From: Candidatus Enterousia sp.
Lineage (GTDB): Bacteria; Pseudomonadota; Alphaproteobacteria; Rs-D84
Assembly (NCBI GenBank): GCA_045617905.1
Contig: JAZLJO010000005.1
Span: 18,211-82,210, forward strand
Direction: 5' to 3'
DNA: 64,000 nucleotides
The notes beneath the pieces were generated by a model. The model saw nothing but the letters and a program-made list of their open reading frames with translations, had not been told where the DNA came from and did not search any database. Both the position numbers and the translations under genes were made by a program. Position 1 is the stretch's first letter. Each line of letters opens with the position of its first letter. This document shows, piece after piece, positions 55,943 through 64,000 of this stretch.

Positions 55943-57502
55943 TTATTTATCCTTTATAAAACCAATTTTCTTATTTTTGCCATTCATATAAAAATCAATT
56001 AGTACACGTGATAACATCATACACGTAAACAACGTTGTTAATACACCAATTGATAATGTTACGGCAAACCCACGTATCGGTCCGGCACCGAATTGGAATA
56101 AAATCAATGCACAAATCAAATTGGTTAAATTACCATCCATAACAGTTTTGATTGAACGATTAAAACCTAAATCAACGGCACGCAGTGTTGGGACCCCTGA
56201 ACGAACTTCATCACGAATACGTTCGAACGGCAATATATTCGCATCAACCGCCATTCCCAATGTCAAAACGATCCCCGCAATACCAGGTAACGTCAATGTT
56301 GCACCAAACAACGCAGAAATACCGACAATCATTGCCAAATTAACCAATAAAACAATATCTGCAACCAAACCAAATGTACGGTATGCTAATAACATAAATA
56401 ATATAATAAACAGAACACCAATTGCTGAACCAATTTTTCCAGCGGCAATTGTATCAGCCCCCAAACCTGCTCCAACCGTACGTTCTTCAATTACCTGTAA
56501 TGGTGCAGGCAATGCCCCAGATCGTAACAACACCGCCAAATCTTTGGCACTCTGCAATGTAAATCCCCCAGAAATTTGACCACGCCCACCTGGAATTGGT
56601 TCACGAATTGTTGGTGCCGATAAAACTTTACCATCCAAAACAATCGCAAAGCGTTCACCAACATGTTCCGTGGTCAAACGCGCAAAACGACGTGCACCTG
56701 TTGCATCAAATACAGTTGTAACAACCGCATCATTATGCTGGCCAAAATCAGCTTGAGAATCAGTCAATGATTCCCCGGAAATTTCAATTCTGGAATATAC
56801 AGCGACCATCTGTCCCGGTGCATTCATATATGGCAAAAATTGCGTTCCTGCGGGTGCATGTCCAGATATAATTTGTGCATCTGTAACATTTTCATTTACT
56901 AAATGGAATGTCATTTTTGCTGTCTGTCCAATTAAATCTTTTATATGTTCCGGATTATCAACACCCGGCAATTGGATTAAAATATATTTTCCACCCTGCG
57001 TTTGAATTGATGGTTCTTTAGTCCCCAACGCATCAATACGACGCCGAACAATTTCAATACTGCGTGTCAATGCATCATTAATCATTTCCTGTTTTTGTTT
57101 TTCTGTATACGAAACCGTTATTTGATTCCCTTCTGAATCAACGTCAACACCATTACCCAAAGCGGAACGCAAACGTCCTTTGGCGTGCGAAACATCATCA
57201 GATTCGCGAACATTAAACGATATCGCATCATCCACACTGCGTAAATTTGCAAATTTAATAACACCTTTATCACGATTCACCAACACAGAACGCACTTCGT
57301 CATGCAATTGCACCGATTTTTCATGAAACATTGTTTTGGTATCAACCTCTAACAATAATTGTGCCCCACCCTTTAAATCTAACCCTAATGGGATTGGTTG
57401 AATCCAAGACGGAAAATACGGTGCCAATCCAGGTTTTATTGTTGGAATAACCAATAAAACACCAAAGATGGCTGTAAAAACTATGGCCAATTTCTTAAAC
57501 AT
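55943..57502 (-). CDS. secD: Protein translocase subunit SecD
   Basis: 519 aa. LGLDLKGGAQLLLEVD, C-terminal TM bundle. Confidence 0.9.
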   Translation of the reverse strand: MFKKLAIVFTAIFGVLLVIPTIKPGLAPYFPSWIQPIPLGLDLKGGAQLLLEVDTKTMFHEKSVQLHDEVRSVLVNRDKGVIKFANLRSVDDAISFNVRESDDVSHAKGRLRSALGNGVDVDSEGNQITVSYTEKQKQEMINDALTRSIEIVRRRIDALGTKEPSIQTQGGKYILIQLPGVDNPEHIKDLIGQTAKMTFHLVNENVTDAQIISGHAPAGTQFLPYMNAPGQMVAVYSRIEISGESLTDSQADFGQHNDAVVTTVFDATGARRFARLTTEHVGERFAIVLDGKVLSAPTIREPIPGGRGQISGGFTLQSAKDLAVLLRSGALPAPLQVIEERTVGAGLGADTIAAGKIGSAIGVLFIILFMLLAYRTFGLVADIVLLVNLAMIVGISALFGATLTLPGIAGIVLTLGMAVDANILPFERIRDEVRSGVPTLRAVDLGFNRSIKTVMDGNLTNLICALILFQFGAGPIRGFAVTLSIGVLTTLFTCMMLSRVLIDFYMNGKNKKIGFIKDK

Positions 57503-57517
57503 TTTCTTTCCTTATGA

Positions 57518-57826
57518 TTATTCAACCGACACAACGGTGTTTTTGTTCATTTCAACAACGACACCATTGGCAATTTCTAATTCTATTGTTTTTTCATTAA
57601 CTTTTTTAATAACGCCATAAATACCGGCCGCCTGAACACGATTACCAACATGCAAAGCATCCAACATTTTTTGATATTCAGCCATACGACGCTTATTTGG
57701 ACGAACCATAAACAGATAAATTATTGCAAAAATAACACCACAATACAAAACCATCCCAACCCAATCCCCCGCTGGTGTATTTGGTATCGTCTGTGCAACA
57801 TTATTAACAATTGCTGTTTCTTGCAT
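57518..57826 (-). CDS. yajC: Preprotein translocase subunit YajC
   Basis: 102 aa. One TM helix, then RPNKRRMAEYQKMLDALHVGNRV...GIYGVI. Confidence 0.85.
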   Translation of the reverse strand: MQETAIVNNVAQTIPNTPAGDWVGMVLYCGVIFAIIYLFMVRPNKRRMAEYQKMLDALHVGNRVQAAGIYGVIKKVNEKTIELEIANGVVVEMNKNTVVSVE

Positions 57827-57908
57827 ACTATTTCTCCTTGTTTATTGTGTCAGAATAGTAAAAAAAGCCGTTGCTGTAAAGTGTAAAAAATAAAAAACAC
57901 CTGGAATC

Positions 57909-59633
57909 TTATATACGTTCAAACCAGGAATCCATTTCTGCCAATGGAATAAATTTATACACAGGGCGTCCATGATTACATTGTCCCCCACGTGTTGTTC
58001 GTTCAATATCACGCAACAATGCGTCCATTTGATTCATATCCAATCGTTGCCCAGCGCGAACACTGTGATGACATGCATAATTTGCCAATTTTAAATGCAA
58101 TCGTTCACCCAATTGTGATGAATGCCCATATTCGCGAACCTCAGCCGCGACGGCAGTAAATAAATCAGTCCAATTTAATTCCCAATCCGCAGGTTTTTCA
58201 AAAATGGCAATTGCATCATCACCAAATGCGTCAATATGCACCCCCGCACCACGCATTTCATCGGCCACAGATAAAACAGCCATAACATCTTCTGCCCGCA
58301 TGGAAATAACAATAGGCGTTAATAACGGCTGTCCTTTAATCGTGCGATTTCTTAAACGTTCATATGTAATGCGTTCATGTGCCGCATGTTGATCAACAAC
58401 CACCAAACAATCAGATGTTGCCGCCAATATGTATTTATTGCCAATTTGCCCAACAACACGTCCCAATGGAAATTCATTGTATACGGCATTTTCTGCCGTA
58501 TTAGATATTTTTTGCGGCATTACATTTTGAACAAAATCCGTATTTAAACTTTCTTTAAAATCATTATTTTTTATCGTGTCTTTTATTGGCTGACAAACAT
58601 GTAATACTGGTTCAAATTGTGGCATTAAAAATACATTCGTTTTATTTTCAACATTATCAACCATTGTACGTGCAATTGCATCGCGTAATGATTTTATAAT
58701 AAACGAACGAACATGTGTTGGTTCTAAAAAATGAACATCTGTTTTTGCTGGCGAAACATTTACATCAACATTACGTGATGGAACTGTTAAATACAATGCA
58801 CATAATGGGAATTCACGTGCATGCATTACATCCATATATGCGGCACGTAACGCACCAATTAAAACCTTATCACGAACGGGGCGACCATTAACAAACAAAT
58901 ATTGATCTATACTTGATGCGCGCCTTAATGTTGGGTTTGATATAAATCCATATAATTGCATTCCATCAACAGTCGATGATGATGTATTTATGTCTAACAT
59001 TCTTCCACGGATATCTTCACCCATCACAGTTGCAATACGTTCTGTCATTGCTTGATTTTTTGGGAAACGCCATTTATTATTTAATGTAAAACCAACATCT
59101 GGGCGTGCCATTGCTAAACGTTTTACAACATCTAAAACCCCCATCATTTCGGCACGATCACCACGCAAAAATTTTAACCGTGCAGGTGTTCGGCCAAATA
59201 AATTTTTTACCCGGATTCTGGTTCCACATTCCCAATCAGATGGCCGTATATCGCCGGTATTTGCATCCAATTGCCACCCATTTTCGGTTCCAACACAGGC
59301 TGTATCAATTGTCATATCCGAAACAGATGCAATTGATGGCAATGCTTCGCCACGAAACCCCATAAAATTTATGTTTAACAAATCATCATCAGGTAATTTT
59401 GATGTTGCATGCCGCAAAATACAGTGCTTCAAATCATCACGCGACATTCCTGAACCGTTATCAATAACAGATATCATCGTGCGACCACCATCTGCTACAT
59501 CTATCATTATTTGATCTGCACCTGCATCTAATGCATTTTCAACTAATTCTTTGACGACACTGGCTGGACGTTCAACAACTTCGCCGGCGGCGATTTGATT
59601 TATCAAAAAATCTGGTAAAACGCGAACCGGCAC
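57909..59633 (-). CDS. mutL: DNA mismatch repair endonuclease MutL
   Basis: N-terminal GHKL ATPase (IAAGEVVERPASVVKELVENALDA). C-terminal endonuclease motif DQHAAHERITYE. Confidence 0.95.
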   Translation of the reverse strand: MPVRVLPDFLINQIAAGEVVERPASVVKELVENALDAGADQIMIDVADGGRTMISVIDNGSGMSRDDLKHCILRHATSKLPDDDLLNINFMGFRGEALPSIASVSDMTIDTACVGTENGWQLDANTGDIRPSDWECGTRIRVKNLFGRTPARLKFLRGDRAEMMGVLDVVKRLAMARPDVGFTLNNKWRFPKNQAMTERIATVMGEDIRGRMLDINTSSSTVDGMQLYGFISNPTLRRASSIDQYLFVNGRPVRDKVLIGALRAAYMDVMHAREFPLCALYLTVPSRNVDVNVSPAKTDVHFLEPTHVRSFIIKSLRDAIARTMVDNVENKTNVFLMPQFEPVLHVCQPIKDTIKNNDFKESLNTDFVQNVMPQKISNTAENAVYNEFPLGRVVGQIGNKYILAATSDCLVVVDQHAAHERITYERLRNRTIKGQPLLTPIVISMRAEDVMAVLSVADEMRGAGVHIDAFGDDAIAIFEKPADWELNWTDLFTAVAAEVREYGHSSQLGERLHLKLANYACHHSVRAGQRLDMNQMDALLRDIERTTRGGQCNHGRPVYKFIPLAEMDSWFERI

Positions 59634-59641
59634 TATGGACC

Positions 59642-60112
59642 CTATTCTTTAAATTTTACTTCCAAGATTTCATATTCTTTTTCACCGCCAGGCAAACGAA
59701 CAATACACGTATCACCAACACAACGTCCAATCATTGCCCGTCCAACCGGCGACGTGCAAGAAATAACAGTCCGCCCATCGGATTCAATATCTGATAAAAT
59801 ACGACATTGCATACGATTGCCATCTTCGTCTTCAGCAACAACTTTGGCCCCAAAAACAACACGATCACCCGACAGACTGTCTACATCAATTACATTGGCG
59901 TGTTCAATAACATCTTCGATAAATTGGATACGTTTATCAATTTGACGCTGTTTTTCTTTGGCGGCGCTGTAATCCGCATTTTCAGACAAATCACCCAAAC
60001 TGCGTGCCCATTGCACCGTTTTCAAAATTTCTGGGCGCTGAACTTCCTTTAAATCTTTTAATTCTTTGACCAGTTCATCAAAACCGGCACGTGAAATTGG
60101 TCTTTTTTCCAT
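59642..60112 (-). CDS. greA: Transcription elongation factor GreA
   Basis: 156 aa. ...ARSLGDLSENADYSAAKE... Confidence 0.95.
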   Translation of the reverse strand: MEKRPISRAGFDELVKELKDLKEVQRPEILKTVQWARSLGDLSENADYSAAKEKQRQIDKRIQFIEDVIEHANVIDVDSLSGDRVVFGAKVVAEDEDGNRMQCRILSDIESDGRTVISCTSPVGRAMIGRCVGDTCIVRLPGGEKEYEILEVKFKE

Positions 60113-60197
60113 TTTTATATCCTTAAATTTTTATCGATTATACGCATTCAATTTTAATTTTGCAATTATCAATTATATTCGCTATACTTTTCCGGAA

Positions 60198-61259
60198 ATG
60201 TTCAGAATCAGTATTTTAAACAAATTTTTATTACGCCGTTTTTTATCTGGTGTCGGATTGGTAATATTTGTCGTTGGTGGCATTATATTAGCCGTAACGT
60301 TTGTTGAACGATTACCATCAAACCCGACCGCATTTGATGCGTTTGTTGAATCGTGGATGCGCTTGTTAGAATATATCCCTATGTTTTTACCACCTGCAAT
60401 ATTTATGGGCACATTATTGGCGTCATATAATATGATAAAATCCAGTGAAAGTGTTATCATTTCCGGTGCGGGCCGTTCACCGTATCAAATGGCACGTCCA
60501 TTTTTTGTTGGTGCTGCATTAATTGGTATATTTACAACAACTGTAATAAATCCGTATTCCGTTGATATGAACGCCCAAAAGATAACATCATCACACTTAA
60601 AATTAGTTGATAATTCGATATGGTTGCGTGATGCTGGTGATAAAAATTATATAACAATGAACGCGGGTGGTGGATTAAGTCATATTGGGGATACATTAGT
60701 ATTTAATGATGTGACCATTTATATTCAGGATGAACATTTTAAAATTACAGAACGTGTTAATGCTGCAAATGTATCGTTGACACAATCTGGACTGCGGGCA
60801 TCAAATGCCAACGTATGGGGCACGGATGGTGTTTTATCCAAACATGATTGGCAGATTCAAACGCGTTTAACCCCACAAACAGTATTGGATAGATATTTGC
60901 AACCTGATCAAATATCATTTTGGAAATTACCGGGCTTTATACATAAGATGCAATCTGTTGGTGTTATCGTCCGTGCTCACCAGGTCCAATTTTGGACTCT
61001 GCTGTTTTTGCCATTAACAATGATTGCCATGACGGTTTTAGGTGTTGCGTTTTCACAGACACGGCAACGCAGAAATTATAATTTTGGTGCAAAATTTGCG
61101 TTGGGTATATTAACATGTTTTGCATTATATTTTGTTGTAAATATGTTTAATGCATTGGGAGCAACAGGTGCATTACCGCCAATATTGGCGATTGTAGCAC
61201 CTTCATTAATAATCATTGCCGCATCAGGTGTATATATTGCAGGTTTTGATACGGTATAA
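60198..61259 (+). CDS. LPS export ABC transporter permease, LptF/LptG (YjgP/YjgQ) family
   Basis: 353 aa from MFRISILNKFLLRRFL. 3 TM, then a periplasmic beta-jellyroll-like region, then 3 TM. The upstream part of the ORF-track ORF overlaps greA antisense. Confidence 0.75.
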   Translation: MFRISILNKFLLRRFLSGVGLVIFVVGGIILAVTFVERLPSNPTAFDAFVESWMRLLEYIPMFLPPAIFMGTLLASYNMIKSSESVIISGAGRSPYQMARPFFVGAALIGIFTTTVINPYSVDMNAQKITSSHLKLVDNSIWLRDAGDKNYITMNAGGGLSHIGDTLVFNDVTIYIQDEHFKITERVNAANVSLTQSGLRASNANVWGTDGVLSKHDWQIQTRLTPQTVLDRYLQPDQISFWKLPGFIHKMQSVGVIVRAHQVQFWTLLFLPLTMIAMTVLGVAFSQTRQRRNYNFGAKFALGILTCFALYFVVNMFNALGATGALPPILAIVAPSLIIIAASGVYIAGFDTV

Positions 61260-61283
61260 ATAAAAAATACAGGGGAATAGATT

Positions 61284-61421
61284 ATGCCTTTACGTAACAG
61301 AAAAAGAGAATCCATACGAAATAATATCATCATTTGGTCTGTTATTACCGTATTAATCATGTTGATGATTATATCATTTCCAGTGACACAAAATGTAACA
61401 GAAATCGTTTTATACCCATGA
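61284..61421 (+). CDS. Possible small membrane protein (45 aa) translationally coupled to xerD
   Basis: ATG preceded by AGGGGAA. MPLRNRKRESIRNNIIIWSVITVLIMLMIISFP... The stop overlaps the xerD ATG (ATGA). Below the ORF-track size cutoff. Confidence 0.3.
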   Translation: MPLRNRKRESIRNNIIIWSVITVLIMLMIISFPVTQNVTEIVLYP

Positions 61422-62287
61422 ATTATATAGACATTTTTTTAGAGGCACTATCCGCAGAACGCGGCCGTAGTAAAAAAACATTGGAATGTTATGCAGCCGA
61501 TTTAAATGCGGCAAATATGGCAATATCTGGCGGTTTAATGGGGGCATCTGATTCCGATATCCAATCATATTTATCTGGTTTAAAAGAGGCCCCGACATCA
61601 ATCGCACGTAAGGCCAGTACACTGCGTGGATTTTATAAATTTTTAATGCTGGAAAAAATTATTACACGAAATCCTGCGGCAAATTTAGAATTACCAAAAC
61701 ATGGACGCAGTTTACCTAAATATCTGTCGGCAAAGGAAATCGAAGATTTAATATCTGCTGCGGGTGATACGAAAAACAGTACGCGACTGCGTGCAATGTT
61801 AGAATTAACATACGCATCAGGATTGCGGGTGTCAGAACTGTGCGAATTGCAATGTTCTGCGATTTTGGGTAACAAATTATTAATTCATGGCAAGGGGGCC
61901 AAAGAACGTTTTGTCCCAATGCACGATGGTGCACAAATTGCATTGGAAAAATGGATGCGATGTCGTGGGGAAACAGATTCAAAATTTGTTTTTCCATCAA
62001 ATAGCCAAAGTGGTCATATAACACGCGATGGTTTCTTTAAAATTTTAAAGAAATGTGCTGTATTATCTGGCATTTCCCCAGATCGGGTCAGTCCACACGT
62101 GTTACGCCATTCATTTGCATCACATTTATTGGCCGGGGGGGCCAATCTGCGTGCCATTCAAACAATGTTAGGTCATGAAGACATTTCAACAACACAAATT
62201 TATACACATGTTTTACCAGAACAATTACGTGAAACAATGCAAAATCATCACCCGTTGGGAAATAAATCAAAGGTAAATCATAAATGA
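61418..62287 (+). CDS. xerD: Tyrosine recombinase XerC/XerD family
   Basis: FLEALSAERGRSKKTLECYAADL, ...LRHSFASHLLAGGANLRAIQTMLGHEDISTTQIYTHV. Confidence 0.8.
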   Translation: MNYIDIFLEALSAERGRSKKTLECYAADLNAANMAISGGLMGASDSDIQSYLSGLKEAPTSIARKASTLRGFYKFLMLEKIITRNPAANLELPKHGRSLPKYLSAKEIEDLISAAGDTKNSTRLRAMLELTYASGLRVSELCELQCSAILGNKLLIHGKGAKERFVPMHDGAQIALEKWMRCRGETDSKFVFPSNSQSGHITRDGFFKILKKCAVLSGISPDRVSPHVLRHSFASHLLAGGANLRAIQTMLGHEDISTTQIYTHVLPEQLRETMQNHHPLGNKSKVNHK

Positions 62288-62787
62288 TACGAAAATGCGA
62301 TCATCCAGGCTGTACTAAGGCCGGCACGTGTCGTGCCCCAAAATCACGTGATTTACGTGAATATTGGATGTTTTGTAAAGAACATGCGGCCGAATATAAT
62401 AAAAATTGGAATTATTATGCAGATATGAGTCCTGAGGAAATCGAAGCGGATTGGGAACGTCAAACATTTGGTGCTGCATTAAAGGATAAAGAACAGGCCA
62501 ATAAAGAACAAAACGATTATGTAAATTTTTTAAACGATTTTATTAATGGTCGTGATACATTTGATAAAATGCCATCAAAACGCAGTTTACCCGGCCCTGT
62601 ATCCAGCGCATTTCGTTTGTTTGGTCTGCCAATTACCGCAACATGGCGTGAAATATCGGCTAAATATAGGTTATTGGCCAAACAGTATCATCCGGATACG
62701 GCAATAAATAAAGAATCCGCAACAACAGAATTTGCAAAGATTACCGCGGCATACGAAACGTTAAAAAAACACTTTGGTAAAAAATAA
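62284..62787 (+). CDS. J-domain (DnaJ-like) protein with N-terminal Cys-rich region
   Basis: C-terminal J domain ...YRLLAKQYHPDT. N-terminal CDHPGCTKAGTCRAP...FCKEHAAEYN. Confidence 0.8.
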   Translation: MIRKCDHPGCTKAGTCRAPKSRDLREYWMFCKEHAAEYNKNWNYYADMSPEEIEADWERQTFGAALKDKEQANKEQNDYVNFLNDFINGRDTFDKMPSKRSLPGPVSSAFRLFGLPITATWREISAKYRLLAKQYHPDTAINKESATTEFAKITAAYETLKKHFGKK

Positions 62788-62796
62788 TCTATTTTA

Positions 62797-63999
62797 TTAC
62801 CTTTCGTGATTTTGTTTTGCCGTTATATCTGCATGACAATCATGGCACAACATTAAACAATTATCTACGGTTGTTTCACCGCCATCTGAAAAAGCGACTT
62901 TATGGTGTGCCTCTAATTCTTTGATATCAAATTCACGTCCGCACCTGCCCCCACATTTTTTGTTTTGGTTTTGATATGCCGCACGTTGTTGTTTTTCTGT
63001 AAACACACGATGCCAAATTAGTGTTCTGTCACCAGACAAAACGTATTCATAGAATCCTGCTTTTTTTAAGCCATCGGGATCAATATCATACAATTCAAAT
63101 AACCTTAACAATTCTTTTTCCAGCGCATCTGAATCGTAATTTTTATTATGATATTTATTATACAAAATTCCCCACGGCAGGCCCCGCATTTCCTTTCTGT
63201 ACATTGGAAACGTTTGTTTTACCCATGATATAACTGATTTATAATAATTTATCAATTCATCGGCATTGCCATCCGCCCTGTGTTTTGCCATATAATATTT
63301 TATTTCTGGGTATTCGGTTTTATCTGTATCAATTATCCACTGTAATACCAATTCCAACAAAGCCTGTCGATTGGCATCTTCACCATTTATTGATAATAAA
63401 CTATGTTTGATATCATTATCATAAAAGGCAAAATTGATAGCCGGATTATTTGTTTTTTTAGAAAAATAACCTTTCGCATCTGTTAACCATACCCCAGTAT
63501 AATCGGCATTTAATAATTCCTGTTCCTCCATTATTTTTCCCGCAATATTTATTGTGTGAAACCAATCAAGTTTTTCATCATCCGTACCATCACAAACATA
63601 TATTTGCAATTTATAATCATCCAAAATCTGTTTTTGTTTTTCCGGCGATAAATTTTCAAATGTTTGTGTGCGTTTTCCATCAAAATTGATAGCAATCGGA
63701 TTACCATACCCATCATTATTCGTTATAAACTGACACATTGATATCGTGCGTTGTTGGCCATCAATTATTTCAAATGTTCCATCTGGATTTTTTGCCCAAT
63801 ACATAACATTCAATGGTAAATTATCATATACAGACCGCATTACCCTGTCCCGATCGGTTGGTTCATAAACAAACGCCCGTTGATAAGCCGGCCGCACATT
63901 TAATTTACCCCCAAACGCAACAACGCCATTTTCGCCATTATCACAATATCCATTTACCAAATCACGCAAAGTTAAATTATTTAACAAAGTTGCCTTCAT
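62797..63999 (-). CDS. DUF262 (GmrSD N-terminal/ParB-like) plus HNH nuclease fusion; putative Type IV restriction/defence protein
   Basis: IIDGQQRTIS motif near the N-terminus. C-terminal HNH ...EAHHKVAFSDGGETTVDNCLMLCHDCH. The ATG lies 1 nt from the window edge. Confidence 0.8.
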   Translation of the reverse strand: MKATLLNNLTLRDLVNGYCDNGENGVVAFGGKLNVRPAYQRAFVYEPTDRDRVMRSVYDNLPLNVMYWAKNPDGTFEIIDGQQRTISMCQFITNNDGYGNPIAINFDGKRTQTFENLSPEKQKQILDDYKLQIYVCDGTDDEKLDWFHTINIAGKIMEEQELLNADYTGVWLTDAKGYFSKKTNNPAINFAFYDNDIKHSLLSINGEDANRQALLELVLQWIIDTDKTEYPEIKYYMAKHRADGNADELINYYKSVISWVKQTFPMYRKEMRGLPWGILYNKYHNKNYDSDALEKELLRLFELYDIDPDGLKKAGFYEYVLSGDRTLIWHRVFTEKQQRAAYQNQNKKCGGRCGREFDIKELEAHHKVAFSDGGETTVDNCLMLCHDCHADITAKQNHER

Positions 64000-64000
64000 A

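Noticed and set aside
1-64000. CRISPR arrays, rRNA operons, IS elements/transposases.
   Set aside because: Visual scanning found no regularly spaced direct repeats, no rRNA-like conserved stretches and no transposase-like ORFs. The only recombinases are the serine recombinase and XerD.

Overview
AT-rich (about one-third G+C by eye), gene-dense bacterial chromosome. Gene content looks alphaproteobacterial and endosymbiont-like. Housekeeping genes include gatCAB, miaB, tatA/tatBC, lolA, nrnA, recJ, ftsL-ftsI, sufS-sufT-sufE, trxA, dksA, thrS, trmB, gltX, ftsEX, plsC, rarA, ftsK, secDF-yajC, mutL, greA and xerD. Two tRNAs are present, Phe-GAA and Lys-CTT. No rRNA genes, CRISPR array or transposase were seen. 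Native genes use CGT for Arg, TTA/TTG for Leu and frequent CpG, so foreign DNA stands out. Accessory content worth a second look: (1) A complete Type III R-M pair (mod-res) lies next to a serine recombinase between miaB and tRNA-Lys. The central ~940 bp of mod holds a single CpG and uses AGA Arg codons, consistent with a recently swapped specificity block. (2) An uncharacterised 4-gene minus-strand operon (31914-29831) encodes a membrane protein, a 165-aa protein with a His-less colicin-DNase-like motif carrying a G9 tract, a SUKH/SMI1-like protein and an RHH protein. I consider it the best candidate for an undescribed toxin-immunity or defence-type module. (3) A (TACA)14 microsatellite sits between the ATG and the signal peptide of a Cys-rich, eukaryote-like secreted protein, a classic phase-variation layout. 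(4) A paralogous surface-protein cluster carries phage-tail-fibre-like motifs, with one copy fused to an OMP beta-barrel. (5) A DUF262(GmrSD-like)-HNH gene lies at the right edge. Smaller observations: decayed tandem miaB paralogues, an att-like duplication of the tRNA-Lys 3' end, a YbeY-Lnt fusion, a probably dead S41 peptidase, a Cys-less DksA and a TGS-less ThrRS. All homology calls are by-eye motif recognition and no searches were run. Coordinates of small motifs may be off by 1-2 nt.
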